The translations under genes were made by a program, and so were the position numbers. DNA of 64,000 nucleotides from a virus (lineage: Duplodnaviria > Caudoviricetes), in the IMG/VR virus record IMGVR_UViG_645948499_000001, positions 10,902 to 74,901 of that record. One strand, given 5' to 3'. This document shows, in pieces, positions 26,307 through 35,900 of the stretch. How positions within the stretch are numbered: position 1 is the stretch's first letter; each line of letters opens with the position of its first letter. The notes under the pieces are model-generated. The model was given only the letters and a program-made list of their open reading frames with translations. It did no database searches and was not told where the DNA came from.

Positions 26307-28445
26307 ATGCTTTCATTGGATCAGATGAAGCATCACCCCACATCCGAGCGTATCGTCGAGATTCTCTGCGAGAAAACCCAGTCGAAGAATCACCTCTTCT
26401 TCAGGGTTCTCGTGGGGTTCCACTTCTCGATGATGGCGGCTCAAATGCGTTGCTCCATCAAGACGCATGACCGTGGGGTAATCCCTGTCAACATGTACGC
26501 CATCAACCTGATGCCATCCGGTGCAGGTAAGGGCTTCTCCACGAACATCATGGAGGAACAGATCACTGGTCCTTTCCGTGAACGCTTCATGGAGAGCTTT
26601 GATGCAGCAGCTGAAGCCAACCTTCAGAAGCTGGCTTTCGAACGGTCCAGCCGTAAGGACTGCGACGAGAGCGAAGAACTCCTGCGAGTCCAGAAGGAGT
26701 TCAACCAATTGGGGCCACTGGTTTACACCTTTGACTCCGGTACGCCGCCCGCTGTGAAGCAGATGCGGCACAAACTGCTGATGGCTAACGCCGGTGCAGT
26801 CAACCTGGTGATCGACGAGATCGGATCGAACCTCACTGGTCAGATCGAAGTGCTGAACACTTTCCTCGAACTCTACGACGTGGGCGCCATCAAGCAAAAA
26901 CTGGTGAAGAACACGCAGGACAACGTTCGAGGCGAGGAGATCCGTGGCAAGACGCCTACCAACATGATGCTGTTCGGTACTCCGACCAAGCTGCTCAACG
27001 GCAGTAAGACGGAGGAGGAATTCAACTCCATGCTGGAAACTGGTTACGCTCGCCGGTCCTTCTTCGGACTCGGTGGCGACCAGAAGAAGGTTGCCATGAC
27101 TCCGGATGAGGTTTATGACCTCATGACCAGCAACAACACCGTCCAGTTCATTGACGACCTCAGCGAAAAGTTGGAGACCCTTGCGGATCCTTCCAACATG
27201 CGGAAGGTACTGACCATGGACAAGGACACAGCTTTGCTCATCATCGAGTACAAGCTGAAGTGCGAAGCTGAAGCTGCGGAGCTTGGTGAGCATGAGGAAA
27301 CCAGAAAGGCGGAGATCACTCACCGCTACTTCAAGGCCCTCAAGCTGGCTGGTGCCTATGCCTTCGTGGACGATAGTCCGATTCTGACTCAAGACCACTT
27401 CTATGCCGCTGTTAAGCTGGCAGAAGAATCCGGTGAAGCATTCAAGATGCTGCTGAGTCGGGACCGCACCTACGTCAAGTTGGCGAAGTACCTGGCCAAC
27501 ACCAATCGCGAGATGAACTATACCGACCTGATCGAAGATCTACCGTTCTTCCGAGGCTCCAAGAGCCAGCGGGAGGAGTTGATCTTGTTGGCTACCGCAT
27601 GGGGCTACAAGAACAACGTGATCATCAAGAAGGCAATCCGCGACAACGTGGACTTCATCCGAGGCGAATCGCTCAAAGCCACCGACATCAAAGGTAGTGA
27701 CCTGATCGTGACCTACTCCCGCGACATGACGGAGGGGTACTACAACGACAAGGTGACCTGGGACAACATGGCGAAGCTGGTCGGTATGCCTAGACTCCAC
27801 TGGATTGCACACCATCTCGCAGGCGGCTACCGCAACGAAGAGAATGCCATTCCTGGTTTCAACATGGTTGTTCTCGACATTGACGGAACCTGCAAGCTGG
27901 AGTTGGCCAAGCAGTTCTTGGAAGGCTACAAAGCCATCCTGTACACCACCAAGTCGCACACCGACAGCGACCCGCACTTCCGAATCGTCCTCCCGTTGAA
28001 CTATCACCTGAAGTTCGATGCGAAGGAGTACAAGGAGTTCTACAACGCCTTGGTCGATTCGCTACCGTTCGAGGTAGACCCCCAATGCAGCCACCGCTGC
28101 AAGAAGTGGTTGACTCACGAAGGTACTGTCGAAGTCCTGGACGGTGAACTGTATGACGCACTCCCCTTCATTCCTCGCACCAGCAAGGATGAAGAGCGGC
28201 GTAGTCGTCTTCAGGATCAGAGCGACATGGACCGACTGGAACGTTGGGTAATCAACAACTCCGGTGACGGCAACCGCAACAACATGCTGCTTCGCTTCGC
28301 AATGATTCTGGTGGAGAACGGCTTCGGCTACGACACCATCAAGAATCGTGTACTTGGTTTGAACGCCAAGATGCAAGACAGCTTGGATGAAACCGAACTA
28401 CTGACGACCGTTCTCATCACGGTGCAGAAGAAGCTCGGGGTTTGA
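26307..28445 (+). CDS. DNA primase (N4 gp43-like; P-loop domain plus prim-pol/PriCT)
   Basis: PSGAGKG, IDEIGSNL, VVLDIDG, YTTKSH, FRIVLP, GNRNNML. Confidence 0.85.
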   Translation: MLSLDQMKHHPTSERIVEILCEKTQSKNHLFFRVLVGFHFSMMAAQMRCSIKTHDRGVIPVNMYAINLMPSGAGKGFSTNIMEEQITGPFRERFMESFDAAAEANLQKLAFERSSRKDCDESEELLRVQKEFNQLGPLVYTFDSGTPPAVKQMRHKLLMANAGAVNLVIDEIGSNLTGQIEVLNTFLELYDVGAIKQKLVKNTQDNVRGEEIRGKTPTNMMLFGTPTKLLNGSKTEEEFNSMLETGYARRSFFGLGGDQKKVAMTPDEVYDLMTSNNTVQFIDDLSEKLETLADPSNMRKVLTMDKDTALLIIEYKLKCEAEAAELGEHEETRKAEITHRYFKALKLAGAYAFVDDSPILTQDHFYAAVKLAEESGEAFKMLLSRDRTYVKLAKYLANTNREMNYTDLIEDLPFFRGSKSQREELILLATAWGYKNNVIIKKAIRDNVDFIRGESLKATDIKGSDLIVTYSRDMTEGYYNDKVTWDNMAKLVGMPRLHWIAHHLAGGYRNEENAIPGFNMVVLDIDGTCKLELAKQFLEGYKAILYTTKSHTDSDPHFRIVLPLNYHLKFDAKEYKEFYNALVDSLPFEVDPQCSHRCKKWLTHEGTVEVLDGELYDALPFIPRTSKDEERRSRLQDQSDMDRLERWVINNSGDGNRNNMLLRFAMILVENGFGYDTIKNRVLGLNAKMQDSLDETELLTTVLITVQKKLGV

Positions 28446-28450
28446 AGATA

Positions 28451-28473
28451 GGGCCGCTTCCAGCGGCTCTTTC
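28451..28473 (+). terminator. possible terminator
   Basis: GGGCCGCT-TCC-AGCGGCTC followed by TTTT. Confidence 0.55.
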
Positions 28474-28493
28474 GATTAACTACAGAGGTGTCT

Positions 28494-29231
28494 ATGGCTC
28501 AAGTCAATGACAACTTGTTCTTGATCTCTGGCGAATCCGCTACCGGTAAGTCGCTGAGTCTCAAGAACCTGGAGAACCCCGAAGGGGTTATCTACCTGAA
28601 CTGCGAAGCTGGCAAGAAGCTGCCGTTCCGCAACAAGTTCAAGAGCTTCACTGTCACTCACCCTGAACATGTGTACGAAGCATTCGATGCACTGGAACAG
28701 GGCAAGCTGGAAGGCCACACCATCGTCATCGATACGCTGACGTACCTGATGGACATGTACGAGTCCCAGTGTGTACTGGGTTCCCCGGACACCCAGAAGG
28801 CGTGGGGTAACTACCAGCAGTTCTTCAAGAACCTGATGCAGGATTACGTGGCCCGCTCGACGGCGAACGTGATCTTCTTGGGTCACACCAAGTCGGTCTA
28901 CAACGAAGCCAGGATGATGATGGAATCGTGTGTACCGGTGAAAGGTGCCTTGAAGAACAACGGCATCGAGTCGTACTTCTCCTTGGTCATTAGCACCAAG
29001 AAGATGTCCTTGCGTGAACTGGAACCGTACCGAGAAGGCAACAAGCTGTTGACCGTCTCGCCTCTGGAAGAGTCGCTTGGTTTCAAGCATGTCTTCCAGA
29101 CCATGATCACCAAGGAAACCATCGGTGAAAGGATTCGCGGCCCCATGGATATGTGGGACACCTGCGAAACCTTCATCAACAACGACGCTCAGCTTGTAAT
29201 GCAGCGTCTCCGCGAATACTACGCGGACTGA
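28494..29231 (+). CDS. AAA_24/Sak4-like ATPase (N4 gp44-like)
   Basis: GESATGKS, YLNCEAGKKLPF, IVIDTLT. Confidence 0.82.
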   Translation: MAQVNDNLFLISGESATGKSLSLKNLENPEGVIYLNCEAGKKLPFRNKFKSFTVTHPEHVYEAFDALEQGKLEGHTIVIDTLTYLMDMYESQCVLGSPDTQKAWGNYQQFFKNLMQDYVARSTANVIFLGHTKSVYNEARMMMESCVPVKGALKNNGIESYFSLVISTKKMSLRELEPYREGNKLLTVSPLEESLGFKHVFQTMITKETIGERIRGPMDMWDTCETFINNDAQLVMQRLREYYAD

Positions 29232-29245
29232 AATAGGAGAAATTC

Positions 29246-29983
29246 ATGAGCTTTTTCAACGACGTACAAGACGACGGCAACATCCAGGAATCCGGCGACA
29301 GCCTCGGTGGCGTTAGCCTGTTCGAATCGAACGCCTATGACCTGACCATCAAGGTTGCCTACGGCCTGACTTCCTCGACCGGCGCCAAGGGTTTGGCCTT
29401 CGAGTTCGAGCACGCCGCAACTGGCCGCACCTACAGCGAAACCTTCTATGTCACCACCGGCAAGGCGAAAGAGTGCAAGCCGTACTGGGTCGACAAGGAA
29501 GGCGAGAAGCACTACCTCAAGGGTCACGAGATCGCCAACGCGATCTGCCTGATGGCCAACGAGAAGGGCTTCAAGGAACAGACCTACGAGGACAAGACCC
29601 TCCTGCTCTGGGACTCCACCGCCAAGGAGAAGAAGCCGACCGTAGTACCGGTGGCCACCTCCCTGATCGGCACCAAGGTATGCCTTGGCATCCTGAAGGT
29701 GAAGAAGAACAAGGGCGTGAAAGGCGAAGACGGCGTTTACCGCGACACCAACGAAGTCCGCGAGTCGAACGAAGTCGACAAGGTATTCCACCCCGAGTAC
29801 AAGGTCACCCTGGCCGAAGCTCGTGCAGGCAAGCGTGAAGCTGGCTTCTACAACGAGTGGGTCGCCAAGTGGGCCGGCAACGTCAAGGACCAGTTCAAGG
29901 AAGTGAAGGGCGCTTCCTCTGGCCGTCCCGGTGCTGCCGGTGGCGGTTCTCAGCCCAAGACCAGCAGCCTCTTCGGCGACTAA
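29246..29983 (+). CDS. ssb: single-stranded DNA-binding protein (N4 gp45-like)
   Basis: Syntenic position; DSLGG, NEVDKVFH, Gly-rich tail ending SLFGD. Confidence 0.8.
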   Translation: MSFFNDVQDDGNIQESGDSLGGVSLFESNAYDLTIKVAYGLTSSTGAKGLAFEFEHAATGRTYSETFYVTTGKAKECKPYWVDKEGEKHYLKGHEIANAICLMANEKGFKEQTYEDKTLLLWDSTAKEKKPTVVPVATSLIGTKVCLGILKVKKNKGVKGEDGVYRDTNEVRESNEVDKVFHPEYKVTLAEARAGKREAGFYNEWVAKWAGNVKDQFKEVKGASSGRPGAAGGGSQPKTSSLFGD

Positions 29984-29986
29984 GCC

Positions 29987-30352
29987 ATGACGGTCCGGGA
30001 ACTGCTCGAAGCCCTCAATCGTATGGTTGAGGTATACCCCGAGGGGGTAGCACGGGAACGGTTACTGGACCACACACTACGCATCCCTGTGCTTCGCCCC
30101 GGAACATGTGGGGCGAGGCCATCTGTCGATGTGATCAGTGTGGTTCCTGGCTTCGATTGGGACAACGGCTCAATGTTCGTTGAACCCAAGTCGGACGTAC
30201 AGTTAACCGTCCTGACCCCTGAACAAGTGAAAACCATCACCGCCAGCTATGCCAAGGGTACTTCCTGGTTTGCCTATCAGGAAACCAAGAAGCTGAGGGA
30301 AGAGATCCTGCGACTCAAGCAGCAACTCGAACTCCTTGGCGGGGACAAGTGA
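29987..30352 (+). CDS. hypothetical protein
   Basis: ORF in the operon. Confidence 0.65.
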   Translation: MTVRELLEALNRMVEVYPEGVARERLLDHTLRIPVLRPGTCGARPSVDVISVVPGFDWDNGSMFVEPKSDVQLTVLTPEQVKTITASYAKGTSWFAYQETKKLREEILRLKQQLELLGGDK

Positions 30353-30907
30353 ATGCCCAAGATCAACGTCTTGGGTATGGATCCCAGCCTCAGTAATTGG
30401 GGCATAGCCTGCGGCAACCTGGATACCTCCACTGGCTTGATTGAGTTCAAGCATGTCGAGGTCATCCAAACCAGTAAAAGCAAGGACAAGCAGATTCGCG
30501 TCAACTCGGCAGACCTACTCAGGGTCGAGCCGATTGCCGAGCGTCTGATTGAACTTGCTCCCCATGCCAAAGCCATCTTCGTAGAAGTCCCCGTTGGTTC
30601 CCAATCGGCTGACGCTATGAAGAGCTACGGCGTGTGCATCGGCCTACTGGCGTACATGCGTGCGCTGGGCTACCCATTCTTCCCTGTCACTGCGGCCACG
30701 CTGAAGGTGCATGCGTGCAATTCAGCAACAGCCAGCAAGCAGGAAATGATTGAGTGGGCCACCAAGAAATATCCCGACCTGAACTGGCCACGCCAGAACG
30801 GTAGGGTAGTGGCCAACAAATCAGAGCACATAGCCGATGCTATTGCTGCTGCTGAGGTTGGCTTGAAAGATCCCACATTCCAACAGCTGCTCAAGCTGCT
30901 TTCATAA
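30353..30907 (+). CDS. RuvC-like Holliday junction resolvase
   Basis: VLGMDPSLSNWG, FVEVPVGSQS, ASKQEMI, EHIADAIA. Confidence 0.85.
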   Translation: MPKINVLGMDPSLSNWGIACGNLDTSTGLIEFKHVEVIQTSKSKDKQIRVNSADLLRVEPIAERLIELAPHAKAIFVEVPVGSQSADAMKSYGVCIGLLAYMRALGYPFFPVTAATLKVHACNSATASKQEMIEWATKKYPDLNWPRQNGRVVANKSEHIADAIAAAEVGLKDPTFQQLLKLLS

Positions 30908-30917
30908 GGAACGATCC

Positions 30918-31298
30918 ATGATCATCACCCTGAACCAAAACGATATCGTCAAGATGCTGACCGACGGTCTGGCCGCACGTGGCCTGCCGGTAGACGCCAA
31001 CACCCAGGTAACCTTCTCGGTCACCCGTAAGGGCGGCAGCAACGTCACCGCCGAAGTCTCGCTGGGCGAAGAGCCGCAGGCTGCCAATTCGATCGAAGTT
31101 GCACAACCCGTCGTCGCCGAAAAGCCGAAGCGCGAGAAGAAGGTCGTGACCGAAGACCTGGGCAACTTCAAGGCCGCCTCCGAATCGCAAGCCGCTGAGC
31201 CGAACCCGGTCGAAGAGATCCCGGCTCAAGCCGAGGCTCCGGCCCAGGAAGCTGCCGCAGAAGCACCGAAGTCGGCTGCCGGTCTGTTCGGCGGTTAA
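30918..31298 (+). CDS. conserved N4-like protein with Ala/Glu/Pro-rich tail
   Basis: Strongly biased codons; ends GLFGG. Confidence 0.8.
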   Translation: MIITLNQNDIVKMLTDGLAARGLPVDANTQVTFSVTRKGGSNVTAEVSLGEEPQAANSIEVAQPVVAEKPKREKKVVTEDLGNFKAASESQAAEPNPVEEIPAQAEAPAQEAAAEAPKSAAGLFGG

Positions 31299-31306
31299 TA
31301 GGTACG

Positions 31307-31328
31307 CCCCCGGTTCGCCGGGGGTTCT
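31307..31328 (+). terminator. hairpin terminator
   Basis: CCCCCGG-TTCG-CCGGGGG then TTCT. Confidence 0.65.
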
Positions 31329-31343
31329 ACCCAAGGGGAAACC

Positions 31344-31742
31344 ATGAAGAAAAGTCGCTACCTGCTGTCCTTCGTCACCCACACTGGTGGGGGTCTTCAG
31401 TTCACTTCCACGGTCTACTCCGTCAAGGATTCCTGTACTGGCTTCACTGCTCCGCTCATTGCAGAGATCAAGGTGAAGGGCGGTATCCATCAGGATGCAA
31501 TCCTCCTGGCCGTCTCCGATCTCGGCATGACCACAGACGCCGAGTTCAACCCGCCCTACCGTCCTGGTATGGATGCAACCGCTGCCTACCTGCACGGTGT
31601 ACGAGTTGGTCTGCTCGGTGAGCAAAGCGAAAACCCGTATCCCGAGAACTCGGTAGATGCCGTTGACTTCCGCAACGGACGCATTGCTGGTTCCAGCATG
31701 CGTGAAAACCAAGATCCCCCCCAGGATCTGAGTCCCCAGTAA
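31344..31742 (+). CDS. hypothetical protein
   Basis: AAGGGG RBS; 132 aa. Confidence 0.7.
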   Translation: MKKSRYLLSFVTHTGGGLQFTSTVYSVKDSCTGFTAPLIAEIKVKGGIHQDAILLAVSDLGMTTDAEFNPPYRPGMDATAAYLHGVRVGLLGEQSENPYPENSVDAVDFRNGRIAGSSMRENQDPPQDLSPQ

Positions 31743-32105
31743 AAAGAGTGAATACCTAGCCTTAGTCCTGTAAGAGTTCCCTGAACTCACCTTTCTTTTT
31801 AGCCAGTTCTCGTAATGGTTTGGCTTACAGGACTCTTTTTACTGTTGACTTGCAGTGCCATAGATAGCATAGTGATCACACACAGCAACAACCAACGACA
31901 TACAGCCACAGTCAATGGTGAACCAGAGGAATCCCCTCGTAGAACTTCCTGTCTCCTAGCCTCTGAGTTCACCCACCCTTTCTAGATAGCCAGCTTTATG
32001 CTGGCTTTCTTATGTCTATGTCTCGTAGACATAAGGGAGTGCTCTGGCCCGTTGTGAACGGTCCTCCCCACGCCCCGCAACGGGGTCCAGACCAGAGCAC
32101 TCCAC
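31737..32105. ncRNA. candidate structured non-coding RNA
   Basis: At least 8 complementary stems packed into an ORF-free intergenic gap (see findings). Confidence 0.45.
31845..31873 (+). promoter_or_regulatory. sigma70-like promoter candidate
   Basis: TTGACT-N17-CATAGT. Confidence 0.4.
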
Positions 32106-32140
32106 CCTTACCCCGAAATACCCAAACCAAGGAGTCCCCT

Positions 32141-32341
32141 ATGGAACACACCAATGCACTCTTGGAATCCGCCCAGAGTCTGGCCAACATCCTGATCAAC
32201 GGCAGCCTGAGCAGCGCTAGCCGCAAGAACCTGGAAACCGCACTCGACACCATCACCGCTGGTCTGGTTGCAGTAGCAACCATCGACACCAGGCTGGTCG
32301 TCGAGCACCTGGAAAAAGCGGCGAGTAAAGACGGTGAGTGA
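32141..32341 (+). CDS. hypothetical protein
   Basis: AAGGAG RBS before ATG 32141. Confidence 0.7.
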   Translation: MEHTNALLESAQSLANILINGSLSSASRKNLETALDTITAGLVAVATIDTRLVVEHLEKAASKDGE

Positions 32342-32678
32342 TCGTCTCCCTCATGACCGCTTCGGCGTAGGTGATGTTGTCCAGGCTGTAGCCGTGGACA
32401 AGAAGCAGCACACCCGTGCAACCCAGGAGTTCCCCAACAAGCTTCCCGAGGAAGTGGTAGAACTTCTGGAAAGGCTGGACATGGTTTGTCTGGCTCATGA
32501 GCTTCCCTACTTCTATGCCTTCTCCATGCCGGGTGGCATCCTCTGCCGAAGTGACATCGGTCACTACCCGCAGAACCTGACCATCCCGTTCCTGATGTCC
32601 CGTGCATCCGCTGCCGGCGACGAGGGGCACATGATGGAAGTGCTGCAACAAGGCATGCCGCTCATGCAACAGCGTTAA
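32334..32678 (+). CDS. hypothetical protein
   Basis: Overlaps the previous gene; phage-like codon use. Confidence 0.65.
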   Translation: MSDRLPHDRFGVGDVVQAVAVDKKQHTRATQEFPNKLPEEVVELLERLDMVCLAHELPYFYAFSMPGGILCRSDIGHYPQNLTIPFLMSRASAAGDEGHMMEVLQQGMPLMQQR

Positions 32679-32691
32679 TCCAGGAGGCCCG

Positions 32692-32889
32692 ATGGATGCC
32701 CTAAAGGTATTCGTCGGCGTCTGCCTCTTCCTCGGCATCATCGTAGGAGGGGCATTCGTCGTTTACGTTGCCTCATGGGTCTTCAGGATCTTAGGATTCC
32801 TGTTCGCAGTAGCCATAGTCCTCTGTTTGATAGGAGTCCTGTTCTGGGAGATCCTGGCAAACGCATTCAAAAAGAAAGGGGAGCATTAG
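32692..32889 (+). CDS. small membrane protein
   Basis: AGGAGG RBS; two TM helices and a basic tail. Confidence 0.7.
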   Translation: MDALKVFVGVCLFLGIIVGGAFVVYVASWVFRILGFLFAVAIVLCLIGVLFWEILANAFKKKGEH

Positions 32890-32904
32890 CTCCCCTTCTT
32901 CTTT
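32871..32904. terminator. bidirectional terminator
   Basis: AAGGGGAGC-ATTA-GCTCCCCTT with A-rich and T-rich flanks, between convergent genes. Confidence 0.75.
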
Positions 32905-35900
32905 ACAGGTTCATCAAACCTTTCACCATCGGCAGTTCACTCAGGCTGCTCGGGAAAGCAAACGGACCATTCTGGAATGGGTTGTGCCCAATCCGGTTAA
33001 TCCAGCTGCTGTCCATTACAGACTGCAAACCACTGATGAAATGGTTGGCTACTACCAGTGCCAGACCACGAGCAGGCTTCTCTTTCACCAGTCGTGCAAT
33101 CACTTTCTGAATCCGCAGGTAGTACTTGGTGAACATCAGCAAACCAGTGTCGTTGAGATACTGGACCACCCGATGAGACGGGATGTCGTAGTTCACGAAG
33201 CTCTCTTCTGCTTGCTTCAGTGCATCAGCCTTACTCAGCGGATCACGAGTGCGGTTGATCAGGTGCTCATACAGAGTGTACCGGGCAACCAAGTCACTCA
33301 GCTGAGTGGTTTGCGACAGGAACTTGTACATGGACGTGTCATGTGCCACGTACACGAACTTAGCCGCATCACGAACCAGCTTCGGAAGCTTGCTGGTAAC
33401 TTTCTCAGTCTTCCGTTGCAGCAGAGACTTGTAACTGTACTGACTGTCATCAGCTTCCACGTCTTCCACAATGGTAGGCATCAGACCGGCATCGATCAAA
33501 GGCTTGATGGGGTTACGTGCAATGCGATCACGCAGCACAGCAATCTCGTCGTCTATCGACTTCACACCTTCCGGCACATAACCAATTTCCTTGGCTTGCA
33601 CCAATTGGATCAGACGCTTGTTGTCTGCCCGATACTGCAAGGCACCCTTAATGCCAGTTGCATGCGCCCGTACTGCATCGGCAATACCAACACCGCTCCA
33701 AGCCAGCAACGTCATGTTCGATACGATGTTGCCGACCAGGGTGAAGATGTTCTTCACAACCAGAATGTCCTTGGCTTCGCGTACCAGTTCCTGAATCACG
33801 TCCTCAGCACGGCCAAGTCGCAGTGCAGCCTTCGGACCCAGGATAGCTTCAGCTACGGTGACCAGAACTTGCTGGGCAACGTTACGTTCCTGCGGATCCA
33901 AACCAAACGGACCAGTTACAGATGCCTTACGGTATCCCATGATCATGTTCAGTTGGTCAGCCGGGATCATCATGTTGTCCGACTTCCACACATTGCGGAT
34001 CTCACGCTTAGTTGCATAGGGCAACAGGTTGTAGAGTTCCTGCAAGTGAGCTTCAGTGCTGTCCTTACCTACTTTGATGTAGCTGCTGGGACGGTTCGAG
34101 TAGTCTTCACGGAACTGCTCGTACATGGAACGAACTACGTCCACGTTCTGCTGATGAGAAGACACTTTGTCCACGATCTGGCCAGCCAGAGTACCCAGTA
34201 CCTGATCCATAGAGTTGTCACGGTTCAGAAGACTGTCACGATTGTGTTCAGTCATCATGTACCGGTAGTCAACAACGATACCGTTTGGATCCAGTACAGG
34301 AGCAACACGTTGTGCCTGTGCATTACGCGGATCGTAGTTGGTATCAGTGGTGAACATCTCGTCTACGGAATCTGCAATGTTCTTGCGGATAGTACCGATG
34401 GTGTTCTTGGCAGTACCCGGAGCATTGCTCAGCATATTCACAGCAGAGCGCTCTACTCGGGAACCCTTGGCTTGCATACCGGTGTAGCTCATAGCACCAG
34501 TCAGCAAACCAACCTGACCACTACCACGACGGGACACCAGTACCTTACCAGCGGACAGACCAGCTGCTTTATCTTCCTGAACATTACCTGCACGGGTGTA
34601 ACCACGCTTCAGGAAGTAGTCCAGATCGGTTGCATCCACTGCCAGTACTTCGATCTTGTTATCGAAGATGTCAGGGGTGTAACCATCGATCATCAGTCGC
34701 TCAGTACCTTCGAACAGGAAGGACTTCGAGCGATCTTGCAGACCTTTGTGCAGCTTCAGGATCATCTCTACGCCGTTGTCCTTACCGCGTGCAGCTTCAG
34801 TGCGCAGAACCTCACGAGCAGCAACCTTGTCTTCATGACTGGTGTACTCGAAGGTGAACATCGGCAACAGAAGGTCCATTACTTCCTTGGCAGCCTTGGC
34901 TTCGGACTTGCTCACAGACAGAGCCTTCTTGGTTCCGATCAGGTCAGCAATGTTCTGAGTGTTCAGCATCAGGTTCGGGCTTACGTTACCGCCGATAGCA
35001 CGGTTGTAAGCCAGATCCTTCACAGCACGCAGGTAGTACGAGCCGTTCTTCATACCGAGCAGCTGAGTCTCCAGTTGGTTGCGTTCTTTACGCAGTTCAC
35101 TGTCGTTGTTCAGCATCAGACGCAGATCATCGAAACCATAGGAGTCCAGCAGAGCAGACATGTTGGTCCGCAGGAATGCCTTGGTCAGAGCAGCCTTGTC
35201 TTTGGTAGTCAGGTACTGACCGCCATCCTTGAAGGAAGCGTTCACCTGAGCAACTGTGTACTCGATGTGCTGCTTGCGCTCCATCTCGTTGGACTTGGCT
35301 TGCTTGAACAGGTTGTGTGCAGCGTCCATCAAACCAGTGACGCCACGCATCTCATCCAGCACACCCATGAGCACGCCACGGGGCTTGCGGAACGCATCGT
35401 CACGAAGACGGCTGATACCTTCCAGCACGCCATCGATACGACCAGCCATGGTGTTCTCTACCAGCGAACCAGCAGCACGAATGAACGGGCTGTTGTTGTT
35501 CGTGAAGAAGGTGCTCTGAGCAGCTTGCTCTACGGTATTCCGCAGGGACTCACCCATGTTGCCCAAGGCTTGTTCAACCTGGTCCAGGGCACCGAGCTTA
35601 CGTTCGGCAAACCGTCCACGACGCTTCGCTTCGATATCGACCAGTCGATCCAGCAGGGTAACCAGACGGTTGTTCGCCAGTTCACCAGGGGCAGTCTTGT
35701 CATGCAGACGGTCCAGACGAGTCAGCAGACGACGGAACAGTTCCATCACCTTCTGGCTCAGGGTCATGCCACTCAGCGAACGCTCAGTACTCTTCGAGCG
35801 GAAGCCTAGGGCATTGAACACTTCCTCACTACCGATGGCCAAGCCAGCGAAGCGAGCCAGGAAGCTGTTCTTACCAGCAGCAGATGCTTGAACCTTGAAC

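Noticed and set aside
32036-32107. Canonical tRNA gene
   Set aside because: No TTCRA T-loop, D-loop GG or 7-nt anticodon loop.
31996-32140. 5' extension of the 32141 gene to 32012 and the antisense ORF 31996-32607
   Set aside because: The strong RBS is at 32141; the upstream part is hairpin-forming sequence.
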